Of a stretch of 64,000 nucleotides of DNA, positions 1-12,194 are shown in pieces. A model generated the notes under the pieces. That model had not been told where the DNA came from. It ran no database searches and worked only from the letters and a program-made list of their open reading frames with translations. A program made the position numbers and the translations under genes. This DNA is from Amphiscolops sp. MND2022 (taxonomy: Eukaryota), in the NCBI GenBank assembly GCA_964187785.1, contig OZ076419.1, positions 20,584,001 to 20,648,000 of the forward strand, in the 5' to 3' direction. Position 1 is the stretch's first letter. Every line of letters begins with the position of its first letter.

Positions 1-180
1 AATATCTGAATTATTCAGTATCATATCAAGAATTTTACTGAAAAAAAGTAGACAACTTGAGGTTTCAATAACATTCCTGCTATCGCAGAAATAATAAAAA
101 GAATTCCTGTCAGAACTTGACATGACTGTTGCATTATGACATTATCTTTGAGTGAAACGAAAACTCTGGTTTTTGTGGAA
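1..180 (-). pseudogene. Fragment of a membrane-protein gene, probably TM6 of a GPCR, paralogous to 2989-3850
   Basis: The minus frame reads KTRVFVSLKDNVIMQ...LFIISAIAGMLLKPQVVYFF. This aligns with SVWISLKKSLFRS...FFIISAIAGIILKSELLNFF of ORF 2989-3348, and both share the DNA core ttcctgctatcgcagaaataat. It runs off the window edge. Confidence 0.4.
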
Positions 181-186
181 CTCAAG

Positions 187-1638
187 AAGCTGGTAATAAA
201 GATGATTTCTCGAATTATCGACCCATATCCTTGCTTCCTGCGATATCGAAAGTGTTTGAGCGAATCATTTTTAAACGGGTATACTCTTATGTCGAAAAAT
301 TCAAGCTGCTTGATGACAACCAGTTTGGATTCAGGAAAAAAAGAAACACTGTAGATGCACTAGCATGCGTGATGGAGCAAATAAGAGCGTCGAAAGATCA
401 ACAAGTCGCATCGTTTTGCGTTTTCCTCGATTTGAAAAAGGCATTTGACACTATTGATCATGAAATTCTCATTCTTAAACTAGAAAATATGGGCTTGAGA
501 GGTCATGTGTCAGCACTCTTGAAGTCATATCTGTCGGATAGATACCAATATACACAAGTAAATGGCTCTAACTCCAAATTAGGATTAATTCGTACTGGAA
601 TTCCGCAGGGCTCAGTTCTTGGACCAATCCTTTTCTTGTTATACATAAATGACCTGACCAAATCGGTACAATCACATGTTACTCTTTTCGCCGATGACAC
701 CAACATTTTCGATCGCATGGAAGAGAACGGAACCAACAACTTAGATAACACCTTATCGATTGTGAACTCCTGGATGAAAAGTAACAAGCTGAAACGTAAT
801 CTCGATAAATCAAAAGCTGTAATCTTTGGTGAATCATCTCAAACTGAAATCTTCGATAAGTTTGGCTTGATGGTCCAACATTGTGTTAAGTATTTGGGAG
901 TGTTAATTGATGACGATCTCAGGTTCAAAAATCAAGTTGAAAAGATAAAAAGGAAACTTTTGTTCTGTAATTACACAGTCTTACGCACAAGGCCCTACCT
1001 AAAAAGGTCTCAATTACTTGTATACTACAGAACGCACGTCAAACCAATTGTGCAGTATGGTGTTTTGGTATATGGATGCACAGCTTTCAGCAACCTCCAA
1101 CCGATTTTGCGTTTACAGAAAAGGATAATCAGGAACATTTACCGTCTGCCAAAATATACCAATGTCGATCAATTGATGTCGGCAAATGGATTGGAAACTG
1201 TATACGAACTTCATGTTTATGAACTCTTGAAATTTATTCTGAAGTCAATGACCACAGGACACGAGAGCCAGTTGTTGAACGAAATACTGCGCAAGGAAAA
1301 GGGAATAAACTATGGACTGAGAAAAGCGCCAGAAACTCTTGCCCTGATTCCTATCACAAGATCGAAAGTCGGTGAGCATTCTCTTAAATCTAGGGTTCCG
1401 ACACTTTTCAACAAGTTGAATTCCTGGGGAGTTTTTCCAGACCAGAGTAATCTAGCTGGTATCAGCGCTGACTCCATGAAGAGCCTTGGTCATAAATTGT
1501 TCGACTGTTTTGTCATAGGCAACGAAGACCTGGTGCGCTTCGTTTTCGGATTGCCGCCATAGGAGAGCAACAAGTGGACAGCGTACAAACATCTCTTCTA
1601 TCGACTGAGGAGAACGCAGGCGAACTAATAATAAAAAA
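187..1638 (+). mobile_element. 5'-truncated non-LTR retrotransposon (CR1/L2/Jockey-type LINE)
   Basis: The RT frame starts abruptly near 187 (EAGNKDDFSNYRPISLLP) and ends at 1562, followed by a short 3' UTR and a taataataaaaaa tail (1626-1638). No clear target-site duplication. Confidence 0.9.
231..1562 (+). CDS. LINE ORF2 reverse transcriptase (N-terminally truncated, no endonuclease)
   Basis: Motifs QFGFR, FLDLKKAFDT, GIPQGSVLGPILFLLYINDL, FADDT and KYLGV in an open 443-aa frame. Confidence 0.92.
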   Translation: MLPAISKVFERIIFKRVYSYVEKFKLLDDNQFGFRKKRNTVDALACVMEQIRASKDQQVASFCVFLDLKKAFDTIDHEILILKLENMGLRGHVSALLKSYLSDRYQYTQVNGSNSKLGLIRTGIPQGSVLGPILFLLYINDLTKSVQSHVTLFADDTNIFDRMEENGTNNLDNTLSIVNSWMKSNKLKRNLDKSKAVIFGESSQTEIFDKFGLMVQHCVKYLGVLIDDDLRFKNQVEKIKRKLLFCNYTVLRTRPYLKRSQLLVYYRTHVKPIVQYGVLVYGCTAFSNLQPILRLQKRIIRNIYRLPKYTNVDQLMSANGLETVYELHVYELLKFILKSMTTGHESQLLNEILRKEKGINYGLRKAPETLALIPITRSKVGEHSLKSRVPTLFNKLNSWGVFPDQSNLAGISADSMKSLGHKLFDCFVIGNEDLVRFVFGLPP

Positions 1639-2988
1639 TAGAGCTTTTCAACTAAATTCAAGTTTCATTTCATCAGTTTTTTTCTTCAGCCGTCAGTAAA
1701 AAAGCAATTGGTTCTTCTTCTTTGGAACTGTCATTTTGTTTAATTTGAATAATCAATGCCAATGTCTCATCGTTATTTTTTGTGGGATCCAAGTGTAAGT
1801 GGTGTTTTTCTCTGCTGTTTCTGTTTTGTTTTGCTTAACCATACATCAAATTAGGGGGTATCATAGTGTTTACTATCATACCCCAAATGCTTCTGCCACC
1901 TGATGCAAAAAATCCCGCGTTAGAGTTCTCAGGTGTCTGCATCTTTGCTCCCCGAGAGCATTGAAGACTCCTGGGCCTGTAAAGTCGGGCATCGGGTGCG
2001 CAGAAGCCGTAAATTGAAACTATATCAGCAGGGGTACGAGAAGCGAGTTTTCAGGGAATTTCATTGGAACTTCATCTTTACTTCCGGTTTTTTCCAGCTG
2101 TCTTAATACACTGTAGAGTGTCTGTGCCTAAAATTGATAGCACATGAGCTCTCACTGTTTCACACGCGCATTGAAACCCTCCAAAACGTTCTGGGCTTAT
2201 TTTTTTCCTGATGTTTCGTTTTTTCTTCTTTTTTTTTGTTTTTTCCCCATGTCAACTTCTGAGGAATGACTTCAAATTTCACAATTATCAAGAGGCTCCC
2301 TTCAACCGGGCAACCGCCTTTTGGGAGTCTTTTCTGGCATCGATTTATTCTTCTGGTGTTTTTAATTTGATGATATTGATTGTAATGTTGCCAGATAAAT
2401 TAATTTATTATTATTATAGCTCAAAATGGCAAATTTCAATAAAAAGGCTCCATGTTCAGGTTCAAAAAGGTTTTGACATGCAGATAAAAGTTTTTGTCAA
2501 GAGAAAATCTTGGAAATTTGAAAATTGTAGAAACCTCACAAATTCAACGACATATTCAAAAGATGAGAACAAATTCACAAAATCTGTCCTTTCATTACAA
2601 AATACAATTTTTCAGTCGTGCGTTAGTTTCGAAAAATTACGTGGAAGGGAGATCGTGATTTGGTGCTTGTAGCATTTATTTTTTATTGGGGCAGTACCGA
2701 GTTCGATTCTTTCTCAAATCGATGTTGTTGGGTCTTCAACAAGCTCAGCAAAATTGTCATAAGAAATAAAACCATTAGTGGTAAACTGAATTGAAAAAAT
2801 AGGCAAGCTGAGCAGTCGAACTTTTTGACCCTGAACTAGTCTTTTTTGTCACAGGTTCTAATAGAGCTATGATTGACGCAATGATATCATAGAAATGCCA
2901 ACCAACTTTCCGACTAGGAACTCAATTTTTCGGATAATACACACCGAATATGTCACGAAATGAAATTCACAACTTTCGCTCATCAAAG

Positions 2989-3850
2989 TCAAGTGGGTGG
3001 CAAACCATTAAGACGCCAATCGGGGAACATTTGACTGCAACAGATATGCGACGAGATCATGAAAAAAGTTTTTCCTCTTCGGGAAGCATTCAATGATTCA
3101 AGTGTGTCACAGATTAACGTAGAATATTTCAGTAAGCACTCGTCATCACAACAAAAATTGAACTGAAAAAAGTTCAATAATTCAGATTTCAATATTATTC
3201 CTGCTATCGCAGAAATAATGAAAAAATCCACATACCTCATCATCTTGACAGCTTCAGAAATTATGCTCCTAAACAGTGATTTTTTCAAACTGATCCAAAC
3301 AGAGTATTGTTTGCTATTAGTTGAAAGGCTGCCGCGAGTATTTTTCAATGACCACCGCGAATATAAAATAGCGATTTAATATAGCAGTTAAATAGCAAAA
3401 GTTTGGTTGATTGAAATTTCAGACATATCGCATTTAACTTAGAGCTTAAAATGAGTGTCAAAACAAGGAAAACCTCAGAGCCATACGCCGATGCTGTAGG
3501 ACATATCAGAACTATTAGCTTCGCACTTCTAGAGTTAGATTCTGCGTATAAGAGGATGTAGATCTTCGAAACGCTAGGTCACTCAGTCCGAGTCGTCTAT
3601 GAGCGCATTTGTCGGAGGGAAGGCTTTCAAGCTCTCAATAATTTGACGACCAGCAACATAATTGCGATCCCTTATATAGGCGAGCATATTGTGTTGTACA
3701 GACAACCATTTTTAGCGATTCGGTGTTTCATTTCATAATTTTTCCTCCGCTTACCAAAGTTTCTAAATTTATCTCTGAGGGACAGTCGCTAACACAGCGA
3801 GGATATCGAACTTTCAGGGTGTTGACACTATCCACATCTAGTTGCTAACA
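2989..3850 (-). pseudogene. Degenerate class-A (rhodopsin-like) GPCR, copy 1
   Basis: Minus-strand pieces across frames give SLKWLSVQHNML (TM2-like), VT*RFEDLHPL (ERY...HP-like end of TM3), SRSAKLIVLIC/VFLVLTLIL (TM4), NAICLK (ECL2 Cys), AVKMMRYVDFFIISAIAGIIL (TM6) and LICDTLESLNAS (TM7). There are several stops and frameshifts. Confidence 0.55.
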
Positions 3851-3975
3851 ACCTCCTTTTCAACACCGGCTTCATATTTAAATCACATTTTATATCCGAT
3901 GCACACGGTCAATTCAATGCACGAGAATGATGAACACGCAAGCTGAAAAACTTGACAGAGTTTGGACTGTCGAGG

Positions 3976-5211
3976 TGTAAATACTAGATTACTGTCGATA
4001 CTCATCTCAAACTGAAATTGCCAAGGAACAAAAGAGGGTAACCACAAACAAAATACGGTACTAGTACGAAGTAGCTAGTTCAATTACCTTCTCTAGCTCG
4101 ATCTTTCTCTTGAGCTCCGATAACGGCTCATCATCGGACTCGACGACTCTCCATTTTGGTTTGAGATCTGGGCGAATCTCGAGCAGCGGCCTTCGAGACT
4201 GGGATGCTGCATCGCTTCGCTTTGCAGATGTTATTGCCGAACTCACGGTACTGCCTTTTGATCTCTCTGGGCTGAGGCTTTCTCCTGGCAGTCAACAGCT
4301 CACGGCGTGCATAAGCATGCCAGCCATGTTAATGGACCCTTCTTTCTGATGCTAAAGAACTTATCTTTGCACCAACCGCAGCTTTCTAGGGGCGATCCGT
4401 AGGCGATCTTAAATCTCTCCACATCTTCATCTCGCGTGGCCGTGTCACAAAAACAAAGCTCCCACCACTCATAATAGCATCCACCGACACCCTCTTTCAC
4501 AGACTTTCTCAGACATGGCCTAATTTCTTGACCATAATGCAACGCAGATAGTAGAAACGAACAGGGTAGAATGCAACAGCTACAGACAAATTGAATGAAA
4601 TTCACTGTTCCATTGGATTTGGTCTGTATTGACAGTGACAGATCGATGCGCTGACTAATGTTCCCTCAACCCCTTGGACCTTGCTTTCATCAATCTGCTT
4701 CAAAACTTGTTAATTGCTTCGATAACCCTCGAAAACACAACAGTGCACTCGATTCATTCCCGAAGAGCTTCAATAAAATGTATTTTGACGTGTTTATTCT
4801 TTTCGGGCATGTTATTATGGCACTAAAATTACCCCAATTTTGTCCATTTTGATGGTTTTGTTGAATCCTCAAAATCCTGTAACTGCAGCTTATCCTCCGT
4901 CATTGGAAATGCTTTTGGAGCTCCACTTTCCCCTCCTTTATGTTTGACAGTAGTGATATATTGTTATTTTGAAGGTCGTTACCACAAAAATTCAATTCGA
5001 CACTGTAAGGTGTATTTGTGTATGTTGGGGAATGAAAATATCAATTTAGCGGGAGAACGGAATGAGATCTAACGCTTAAAATCTAATGCAATGAGATCTG
5101 AAGATTTAACTTCTCAAAATACGTAAAGACTTTTTTCAGGATTGCAATGATAAACTTCAACATTATCGAAGGCAAAAGAATATAAAGGTTTGTTCGAAGG
5201 CCATATTTACA
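3976..5211 (+). mobile_element. Solo-LTR-like sequence related to the LTR of the BEL/Pao element at 37220-50816 (copy 1)
   Basis: About 4030-5045 aligns with the reverse complement of ~37400-38500. It is bounded by the inverted termini TGTAAATA (3976) and TATTTACA (5204-5211). No target-site duplication is visible, so the exact ends are tentative. Confidence 0.65.
4061..4516 (-). pseudogene. Frameshifted homolog of the LTR-borne antisense ORF (copy 1)
   Basis: Starts gccATGtct as at 37964. Peptides KKGP..W, RRKPQPREIKRQYREFG and RPDLKPKWRVVESDDEPLSELKRKIELE; ends TSY-stop. Confidence 0.65.
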
Positions 5212-5543
5212 CAAAAAACAATCAGGATGCTGTCAAGATTAGGCTTCGATGCCATTGGTGGAGCCTCTCCTGAGCCACCCCTGAGGGACGGGTGTAAGGG
5301 TACAGCCCATATAACTGAAGGTTTTTTTTACCGTGATGCAAAAATGTTACCATGAACCCGATATTGAGGAAGCAGAAAAGCGCTAGGTAGAGAGTAAAAT
5401 GAAAAATCAAACGGAAATCACATGCCTTACAATGAGACAAAAATAAGATGAGAATGTGTCATGACCGAAATCAAAAGTGCAGTTATTCACGCGATTAAAT
5501 TCAACACATTAAAACCGGAACTTTGGAAGGCTCGAAGACGGCG

Positions 5544-6438
5544 TTAACTGGCAGTCAAGTAATGATAGACGACACCGTTCTTTATAGAGATGTACTTAAA
5601 TCTGGCAAAGAATTCGCAGTAGTGTTTCTTGATATGCGACGAGATCATGAAAAAAGTTTTTCCTCTTCGGGAAGCATTCAATGATTCAAGTGTGTCACAG
5701 ATTAACGTAGAATATTTCAGTAAGCACTCGTCATCACAACAAAAATTGAACTGAAAAAAGTTCAATAATTCAGATTTCAATATTATTCCTGCTATCGCAG
5801 AAATAATGAAAAAATCCACAAACCTCATCATCTTGACAGCTTCAGAAATTATGCTCCTAAACAGTGATTTTTTCAAACTGATCCAAACAGAGTATTGTTT
5901 GCTATTAGTTGAAAGGCTGCCGCGAGTATTTTTCAATGACCACCGCGAATATAAAATAGCGATTTAATATAGCAGTTAAATAGCAAAAGTTTGGTTGATT
6001 GAAATTTCAGACATATCGCATTTAACTTAGAGCTTAAAATGAGTGTCAAAACAAGGAAAACCTCAGAGCCATACGCCGATGCTGTAGGACATATCAGAAC
6101 TATTAGCTTCGCACTTCTAGAGTTAGATTCTGCGTATAAGAGGATGTAGATCTTCGAAACGCTAGGTCACTCAGTCCGAGTCGTCTATGAGCGCATTTGT
6201 CGGAGGGAAGGCTTTCAAGCTCTCAATAATTTGACGACCAGCAACATAATTGCGATCCCTTATATAGGCGAGCATATTGTGTTGTACAGACAACCATTTT
6301 TAGCGATTCGGTGTTTCATTTCATAATTTTTCCTCCGCTTACCAAAGTTTCTAAATTTATCTCTGAGGGACAGTCGCTAACACAGCGAGGATATCGAACT
6401 TTCAGGGTGTTGACACTATCCACATCTAGTTGCTAACA
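5544..6438 (-). pseudogene. Degenerate class-A GPCR, copy 2
   Basis: Duplicate of 3043-3850. The frame reads across the duplication junction at 5630/5631 into a different C-terminus (KKHYCEFF...LTAS). Confidence 0.55.
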
Positions 6439-6563
6439 ACCTCCTTTTCAACACCGGCTTCATATTTAAATCACATTTTATATCCGATGCACACGGTCAA
6501 TTCAATGCACGAGAATGATGAACACGCAAGCTGAAAAACTTGACAGAGTTTGGACTGTCGAGG

Positions 6564-7795
6564 TGTAAATACTAGATTACTGTCGATACTCATCTCAAAC
6601 TGAAATTGCCAAGGAACAAAAGAGGGTAACCACAAACAAAATACGGTACCAGTACGAAGTAGCTAGTTCAATTACCTTCTCTAGCTCGATCTTTCTCTTG
6701 AGCTCCGATAACGGCTCATCATCGGACTCGACGACTCTCCATTTTGGTTTGAGATCTGGGCGAATCTCGAGCAGCGGCCTTCGAGACTGGGATGCTGCAT
6801 CGCTTCGCTTCGCAGATGTTATTGCCGAACTCACGGTACTGCCTTTTGATCTCTCTGGGCTGAGGCTTTCTCCTGGCAGTCAACAGCTCACGGCGTGCAT
6901 AAGCATGCCAGCCATGTGGACCCTTCTTTCTGATGCTAAAGAACTTATCTTTGCACCAACCGCAGCTTTCTAGGGGCGATCCGTAGGCGATCTTAAATCT
7001 CTCCACATCTTCATCTCGCGTGGCCGTGTCACAAAAACAAAGCTCCCACCACTCATAATAGCATCCACCGACACCGTCTTTCACAGACTTTCTCAGACAT
7101 GGCCTAATTTCTTGACCATAATGCAACGCAGATAGTAGAAACGAACAGGGTAGAATGCAACAGCTACAGACAAATTGAATGAAATTCACTGTTCCATTGG
7201 ATTTGGTCTGTATTGACAGTGACAGATCGATGCGCTGACTAATGTTCCCTCAACCCCTTGGACCTTGCTTTCATTAATCTGCTTCAAAACTTGTTAATTG
7301 CTTCGATAACCCTCGAAAACACAACAGTGCACTCGATTCATTCCCGAAGAGCTTCAATAAAATGTATTTTGACGTGTTTATTCTTTTCGGGCATGTTATT
7401 ATGGCACTAAAATTACCCCAATTTTGTCCATTTTGATGGTTTTGTTGAATCCTCAAAATCCTGTAACTGCAGCTTATCCTCCGTCATTGGAAATGCTTTT
7501 GGAGCTCCACTTTCCCCTCCTTTATGTTTGACAGTAGTGATATATTGTTATTTTGAAGGTCGTTACCACAAAAATTCAATTCGACACTGTAAGGTGTATT
7601 TGTGTATGTTGGGGAATGAAAATATCAATTTAGCGGGAGAACGGAATGAGATCTAACGCTTAAAATCTAATGCAATGAGATCTGAAGATTTAACTTCTCA
7701 AAATACGTAAAGACTTTTTTCAGGATTGCAATGATAAACTTCAACATTATCGAAGGCAAAAGAATATAAAGGTTTGTTCGAAGGCCATATTTACA
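6564..7795 (+). mobile_element. Solo-LTR-like sequence, copy 2
   Basis: Duplicate of 3976-5211 with the same TGTAAATA...TATTTACA ends. Confidence 0.65.
6649..7100 (-). pseudogene. Frameshifted homolog of the LTR-borne antisense ORF (copy 2)
   Basis: As copy 1, but KKGPHGWHAYARRELLTARRKPQPREIKRQYREFG is contiguous and the terminal TAG has become TGG at 6649-6651. Confidence 0.65.
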
Positions 7796-8289
7796 CAAAA
7801 AACAATCAGGATGCTGTCAAGATTAGGCTTCGATGCCATTGGTGGAGCCTCTCCTGAGCCACCCCTGAGGGACGGGTGTAAGGGTACAGCCCATATAACT
7901 GAAGGTTTTTTTTACCGTGATGCAAAAATGTTACCATGAACCCGATATTGAGGAAGCAGAAAAGCGCTAGGTAGAGAGTAAAATGAAAAATCAAACGGAA
8001 ATCACATGCCTTACAATGAGACAAAAATAAGATGAGAATGTGTCATGACCGAAATCAAAAGTGCAGTTATTCACGCGATTAAATTCAACACATTAAAACC
8101 GGAACTTTGGAAGGCTTGAAGACGGCGTTAACTGGCAGTCAAGTAATGATAGACGACACCGTTCTTTATAGAGATGTACTTAAATCTGGCAAAGAATTCG
8201 CAGTAGTGTTTCTTGGGAATGTCGACTCGGCGGTGTGAGAAACTGTTGAAGACATTCATGCCGATGCGACCTTTAAAGAAGTCTGTTAT

Positions 8290-8660
8290 TAAAAACAAGA
8301 CGGGAACGTCTAAAGTCGGCGCTATATCTCAGGCTCAAAAGCGCAGTTTTTAAAATTGTAAACGGGGGGACCCTTTTGACTTTTTGAAATTCCAGTTTGT
8401 TGCAAAATATCAAAAAAATTGAAGAACCTTTGGCGACAGAAAAAAATCGAAAAAAGTCGCACAGTGCCTGAAAAATTCAAAGGGGGGACCCTGTAGTCAC
8501 GTCCGGTTTTGTATCTTTCGTTAAAAATTGAGTACACGAAAGGGGGACCCTTTGCACTAGCATAGATGCGTTTCCGCATGCCGGTCCGGTAGTTTAGTAG
8601 TTCTGTGGAAAAAGTGTCCACTACGCATACATTGTTGCCAGACAAAAAAACTTGCCACTG
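8290..8660. repeat. Putative non-autonomous interspersed element with three gggggaccc motifs
   Basis: (g)gggggaccc occurs three times (~8365, ~8481, ~8542) with A-tracts and no coherent ORF. It separates the segmental duplication from the array. The family cannot be named from this window. Confidence 0.4.
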
Positions 8661-9949
8661 TAATAGTCGGGCTCATTTTGTGGATGGAATGAGTCGTACT
8701 CACTAAAGTCTCGTATGGAAGTTGTAGAACACAACAGCGAGTTGGCGAAGGGAGTTGAAATTACGGACCCAAGAATAGAACGGAGAGAATCTCCTTCGAT
8801 GTTGGCTGATCTGGAGTTGAGTCGTATATCATGTGGGTTGGGGATGAGTGAACTGGAAGCTGCTTTAGAATCTTTCGTTAACAACGATAACACTCAACTT
8901 GCCCTTTAATTGAACTTTTTCTCGAAGGAATGATGTACTTCAAAGCAGTCAACGATCCAGCGTTGATGGGAGATTTTCTAATTTTGAACGACTGTCAAAT
9001 ATTAAGCAAGCTGAATTCGGAGAACTTTCAAATGTTAGCGATTGTTTGAAGAGTTTGCAAACAGACAAAACGGCGAGTCTGAAAGTTGGGGATCCGCGTC
9101 ATCGAGTTGGAGATCCTCATGTGGAAGGTGGTACAGTTGCGAAAATTCCGAGTTTGGAAGTTGGAAATAGTTCGGAAAGACAAAACTGCGAGTCTGAAAA
9201 TTGGAGATCCGCGACTGCAAGTTGGAGATCGTCATTTGGAAGGTGGTACAGTTGCATTTCAAGGTTGAAAGTTGGAGCTCAAGAAAAATCTCACGAATTA
9301 GCCGCCGAGACACACATTGATCCAAATGCAAGCATAGAATGGAACGTGCAAAGAGCTTCCTAAGCGCGAAATGATGGAAACCATGATACAAGCGAAACAG
9401 ACTCAAGTGATGCTGATGTTTCTAATGATACGGAGGTTGACACTGGAGAACCAAAATTACGTCCCATTAAAAAATTACCGGAGCAAACGCCCCTCAGTGG
9501 AAAAATGTTATTCTTTGCTCAAAGGTAGTACATGAAATGAGTGATCATTTCAGTAACCTGCGTAAACTTTCACAGAGTGACCCTTAACATACCAGAGTAC
9601 TATCAAAACGGATCAGTGCTTTTTGTGCAATGTTTGTAATCTGATGATGAGTGATAAGCACAGGCACACAAAGGAACACAATGCTGAGAGAAGTGGAGAA
9701 CGCGAGGACAGCAGTTTGTTTCCTTCGAGCATTGTTGCAATAGAGAACTTTGAAAGTGACCTACACTTACCGAATTCTCAGTTTGTCGAGGAGTGGATTA
9801 GTCATCAAATAGGCACATTTTCTGATGAAGATGTATCGGGACATTGGGACATAATCGTAACTCAAAAAACTTTATGTAAAGCAATTCACCCAACTGCCAC
9901 ACTGACAGTTGCGTTTTGCTGACACTTGCTTTAGCTGTTTTTGTGAGAA

Positions 9950-10790
9950 ATTGTTTGGACGAAAAATCTTACCCGAATTACAGTGGCCAATTACATTTGT
10001 AGTTTGGAGAAACTAATCAAGTACGCCAAGGCTTATAAACCATCGCGAATCGCTGGACGTGCCCAAGTTGACTGGCTCGTCATATCGAAGGATGTAAAAG
10101 CCCGTTATCAGAAGGGTTCTTTGAAAGACAGGAGACAAACGCGTCAAAAATTATTCCAAAAAGTTCCTGACTTGAATCATCTAGCTGCGGTTCAATTCAA
10201 AATCACAGATTTGTGCAATGAAAATGTTTCGAAAAAATTTTTCAACTTGGATGAACTCAAATGCTTCAACTTCATCACCGTGCTCGAATCTGAACGGTCG
10301 TCCTGGTTCCATAAACGACTTGACATGGTCTCTCGTGAGAGAGATCAGTAAGGAAGGTCAGTATGATGGCGACAATCATAAAACCGGCCGCTACTATGAT
10401 ATTAAACTCAAGTTTCATAAAGATCAGTTTCCTTTGCTGAAAAGATTGAAGGGAGAGTTCAAGAAAAACCACGGATACGTCGGTACAGTTTTTGACACCC
10501 AGAAAAATAAAAGACCATTCCCTGGCCAACTTTATCGAAGTTCGAGAAGGATTTCAATGGGAATTCAATTCGTAAAAGTGGGAGACATGTTTTTCATATC
10601 AAACATGAATAGAGCCATGAAGAACTGGCATTCCACCAAACACAAAGCGCTCACAGGAAGGAGACAGCAGAAGGACATTATGTGAAGCACAGCTCTGAAG
10701 CCAACGACTTCTATCGTGACACGATAAAACGTGCCGTTCAAAAAAAACAGCGGTACTCCTTCAGAAACCAAACTTCATCTTCTTTTGAAA
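9950..10790 (+). pseudogene. Tyrosine-recombinase domain (Crypton-like), long unit 1, frameshifted
   Basis: TVANYICSLEKLIKY (core-binding-like), NGRPGSINDLTW (box I Arg, 10296), NHKTG (Lys, 10377), NMNRAMK (box II Arg) and KHSSEANDFY (His and catalytic Tyr), spread over three frames. Confidence 0.75.
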
Positions 10791-12194
10791 CTCCTTCGCC
10801 TTCTTTGATGAGCAGATATTCAGAAGGCAATCTTCATTCTGGTACTCCTGCCCAGAAACGACAGAAGACAGTGACAATGGTTACTCCTGATGTCAATTCT
10901 CGTGTCCAAAACCGACCAACGTCATCAGCGACGACTGTTACTACTGAAGGCAGCACTCCTGCCCAAAAGCGACGAAAGTCAACAGCGACGATTGTCACAC
11001 CTGAAATAAGTTCGACTCCAGTTCCACCCATCAATGTTGAAAGTCATAGCAAAGAGAATAGCGAGTCGTATATCATGTGGGGGTTGGGGATGAGTGAACT
11101 GGAAGGTGCTTTAAAATCTTTCGTTAACAACGACAACACTCAACTTGCCCTTTAATTGAACTCTTTTCTCGAAGGAATGATGTACTTCAAAGCAGTCAAC
11201 GATCCAGCGTTGATGGGAGATTTTCTAATTTTGAACGACTGTCAAATATTAAGCAAGCTGAATTCGGAGAACTTTCAAATGTTAGCGATTGTTTAAAGAG
11301 CTTGCAGAGACAAAACGGCGAGTCTGAAAGTTTGGGATCCGCGTCTGCAAGTTGGATATTGCATTTGGAAGGTGGCACAATTGCGAGTATTCTGAGTTTG
11401 GATGTTGGAAATCGTTTGGAAACAGACAAAACTGCGAGTCTGAAAATTGGAGATCCGAGACTGCAAGTTGGAGATCGTCATTTGGAAGGTGGTACAGTTG
11501 CAAGTATTTCAAGGTTGAAAGTTGGAGCTCAAGAAAGTTCTCACAAATTAGCCGCCGAGACACATATTGATCCCAATGCAAGCATAGAATGGAACGTGCA
11601 AAGAGCTTCCTATGCGCGAAATGATGGAAACGATGATACAAGCGAAACAGACTCAAGTGATGCTGATGTTGATAATGATACGGAGGTTGACACTGGAGAA
11701 CCAAAATTACGTCCCATTAAAAAACTACCGGAGCAAACGCCCCTCAGTGGAAAAATGTATTCTTTGCTCAAAGGTAGTAAATGAAATGAGTGATCATTTC
11801 AGTAACCTGCGTAAACTTTCACAGAGTGACCCCTAACATACCAGAGTACTATCGAAACGGATCAGTGCTTCTTGTGCAATGTTTGTAATCTGAGGATGAG
11901 TGATAAGCACAGGCACACAAAGGAACACAATGCTGAGAGAAGTGGAGAACGCGAGGACATCAGTTTGTTTCCTTCGAGCATTGTTGCAATAGAGAACTTT
12001 CAAAGTGGCCTTACCGAATTCTCAGTTTGTCGAGGAGTGGATTAGTCATCAAATAGGCACATTTTCTGATGGAGATGTATCGAGACATTGGGACATACCC
12101 GTAACTCAACAAACTTTATGTAAAGCAATTCACCCTACTGCCACACTGACAGTTGCGTTTTGCTGACACACTTGCTCTAGCTGTCTTTGTAAGA

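Larger units (their letters stand above)
3043..8215. repeat. Direct tandem segmental duplication, 2 copies (3043-5630 and 5631-8215)
   Basis: gatatgcgacgagatcatg occurs at 3043 and 5631 (offset 2588). Both copies end in cagtagtgtttctt(g), and the ORF sets are near-identical. Confidence 0.97.

Noticed and set aside
1640-2110. Upstream half of the GPCR fragment at 1-180, split by the LINE
   Set aside because: Minus-strand frames give only vague linker-like peptides, no convincing TM motifs and no TSD, so continuity across the LINE is unsupported.
2211-2672. 153-aa ORF as a protein-coding gene
   Set aside because: Low-complexity AT-rich frame with poly-F and poly-Y runs and no recognisable motif.
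2690-2712. Pol III B-box-like gagttcgattc
   Set aside because: No A box or cloverleaf upstream.
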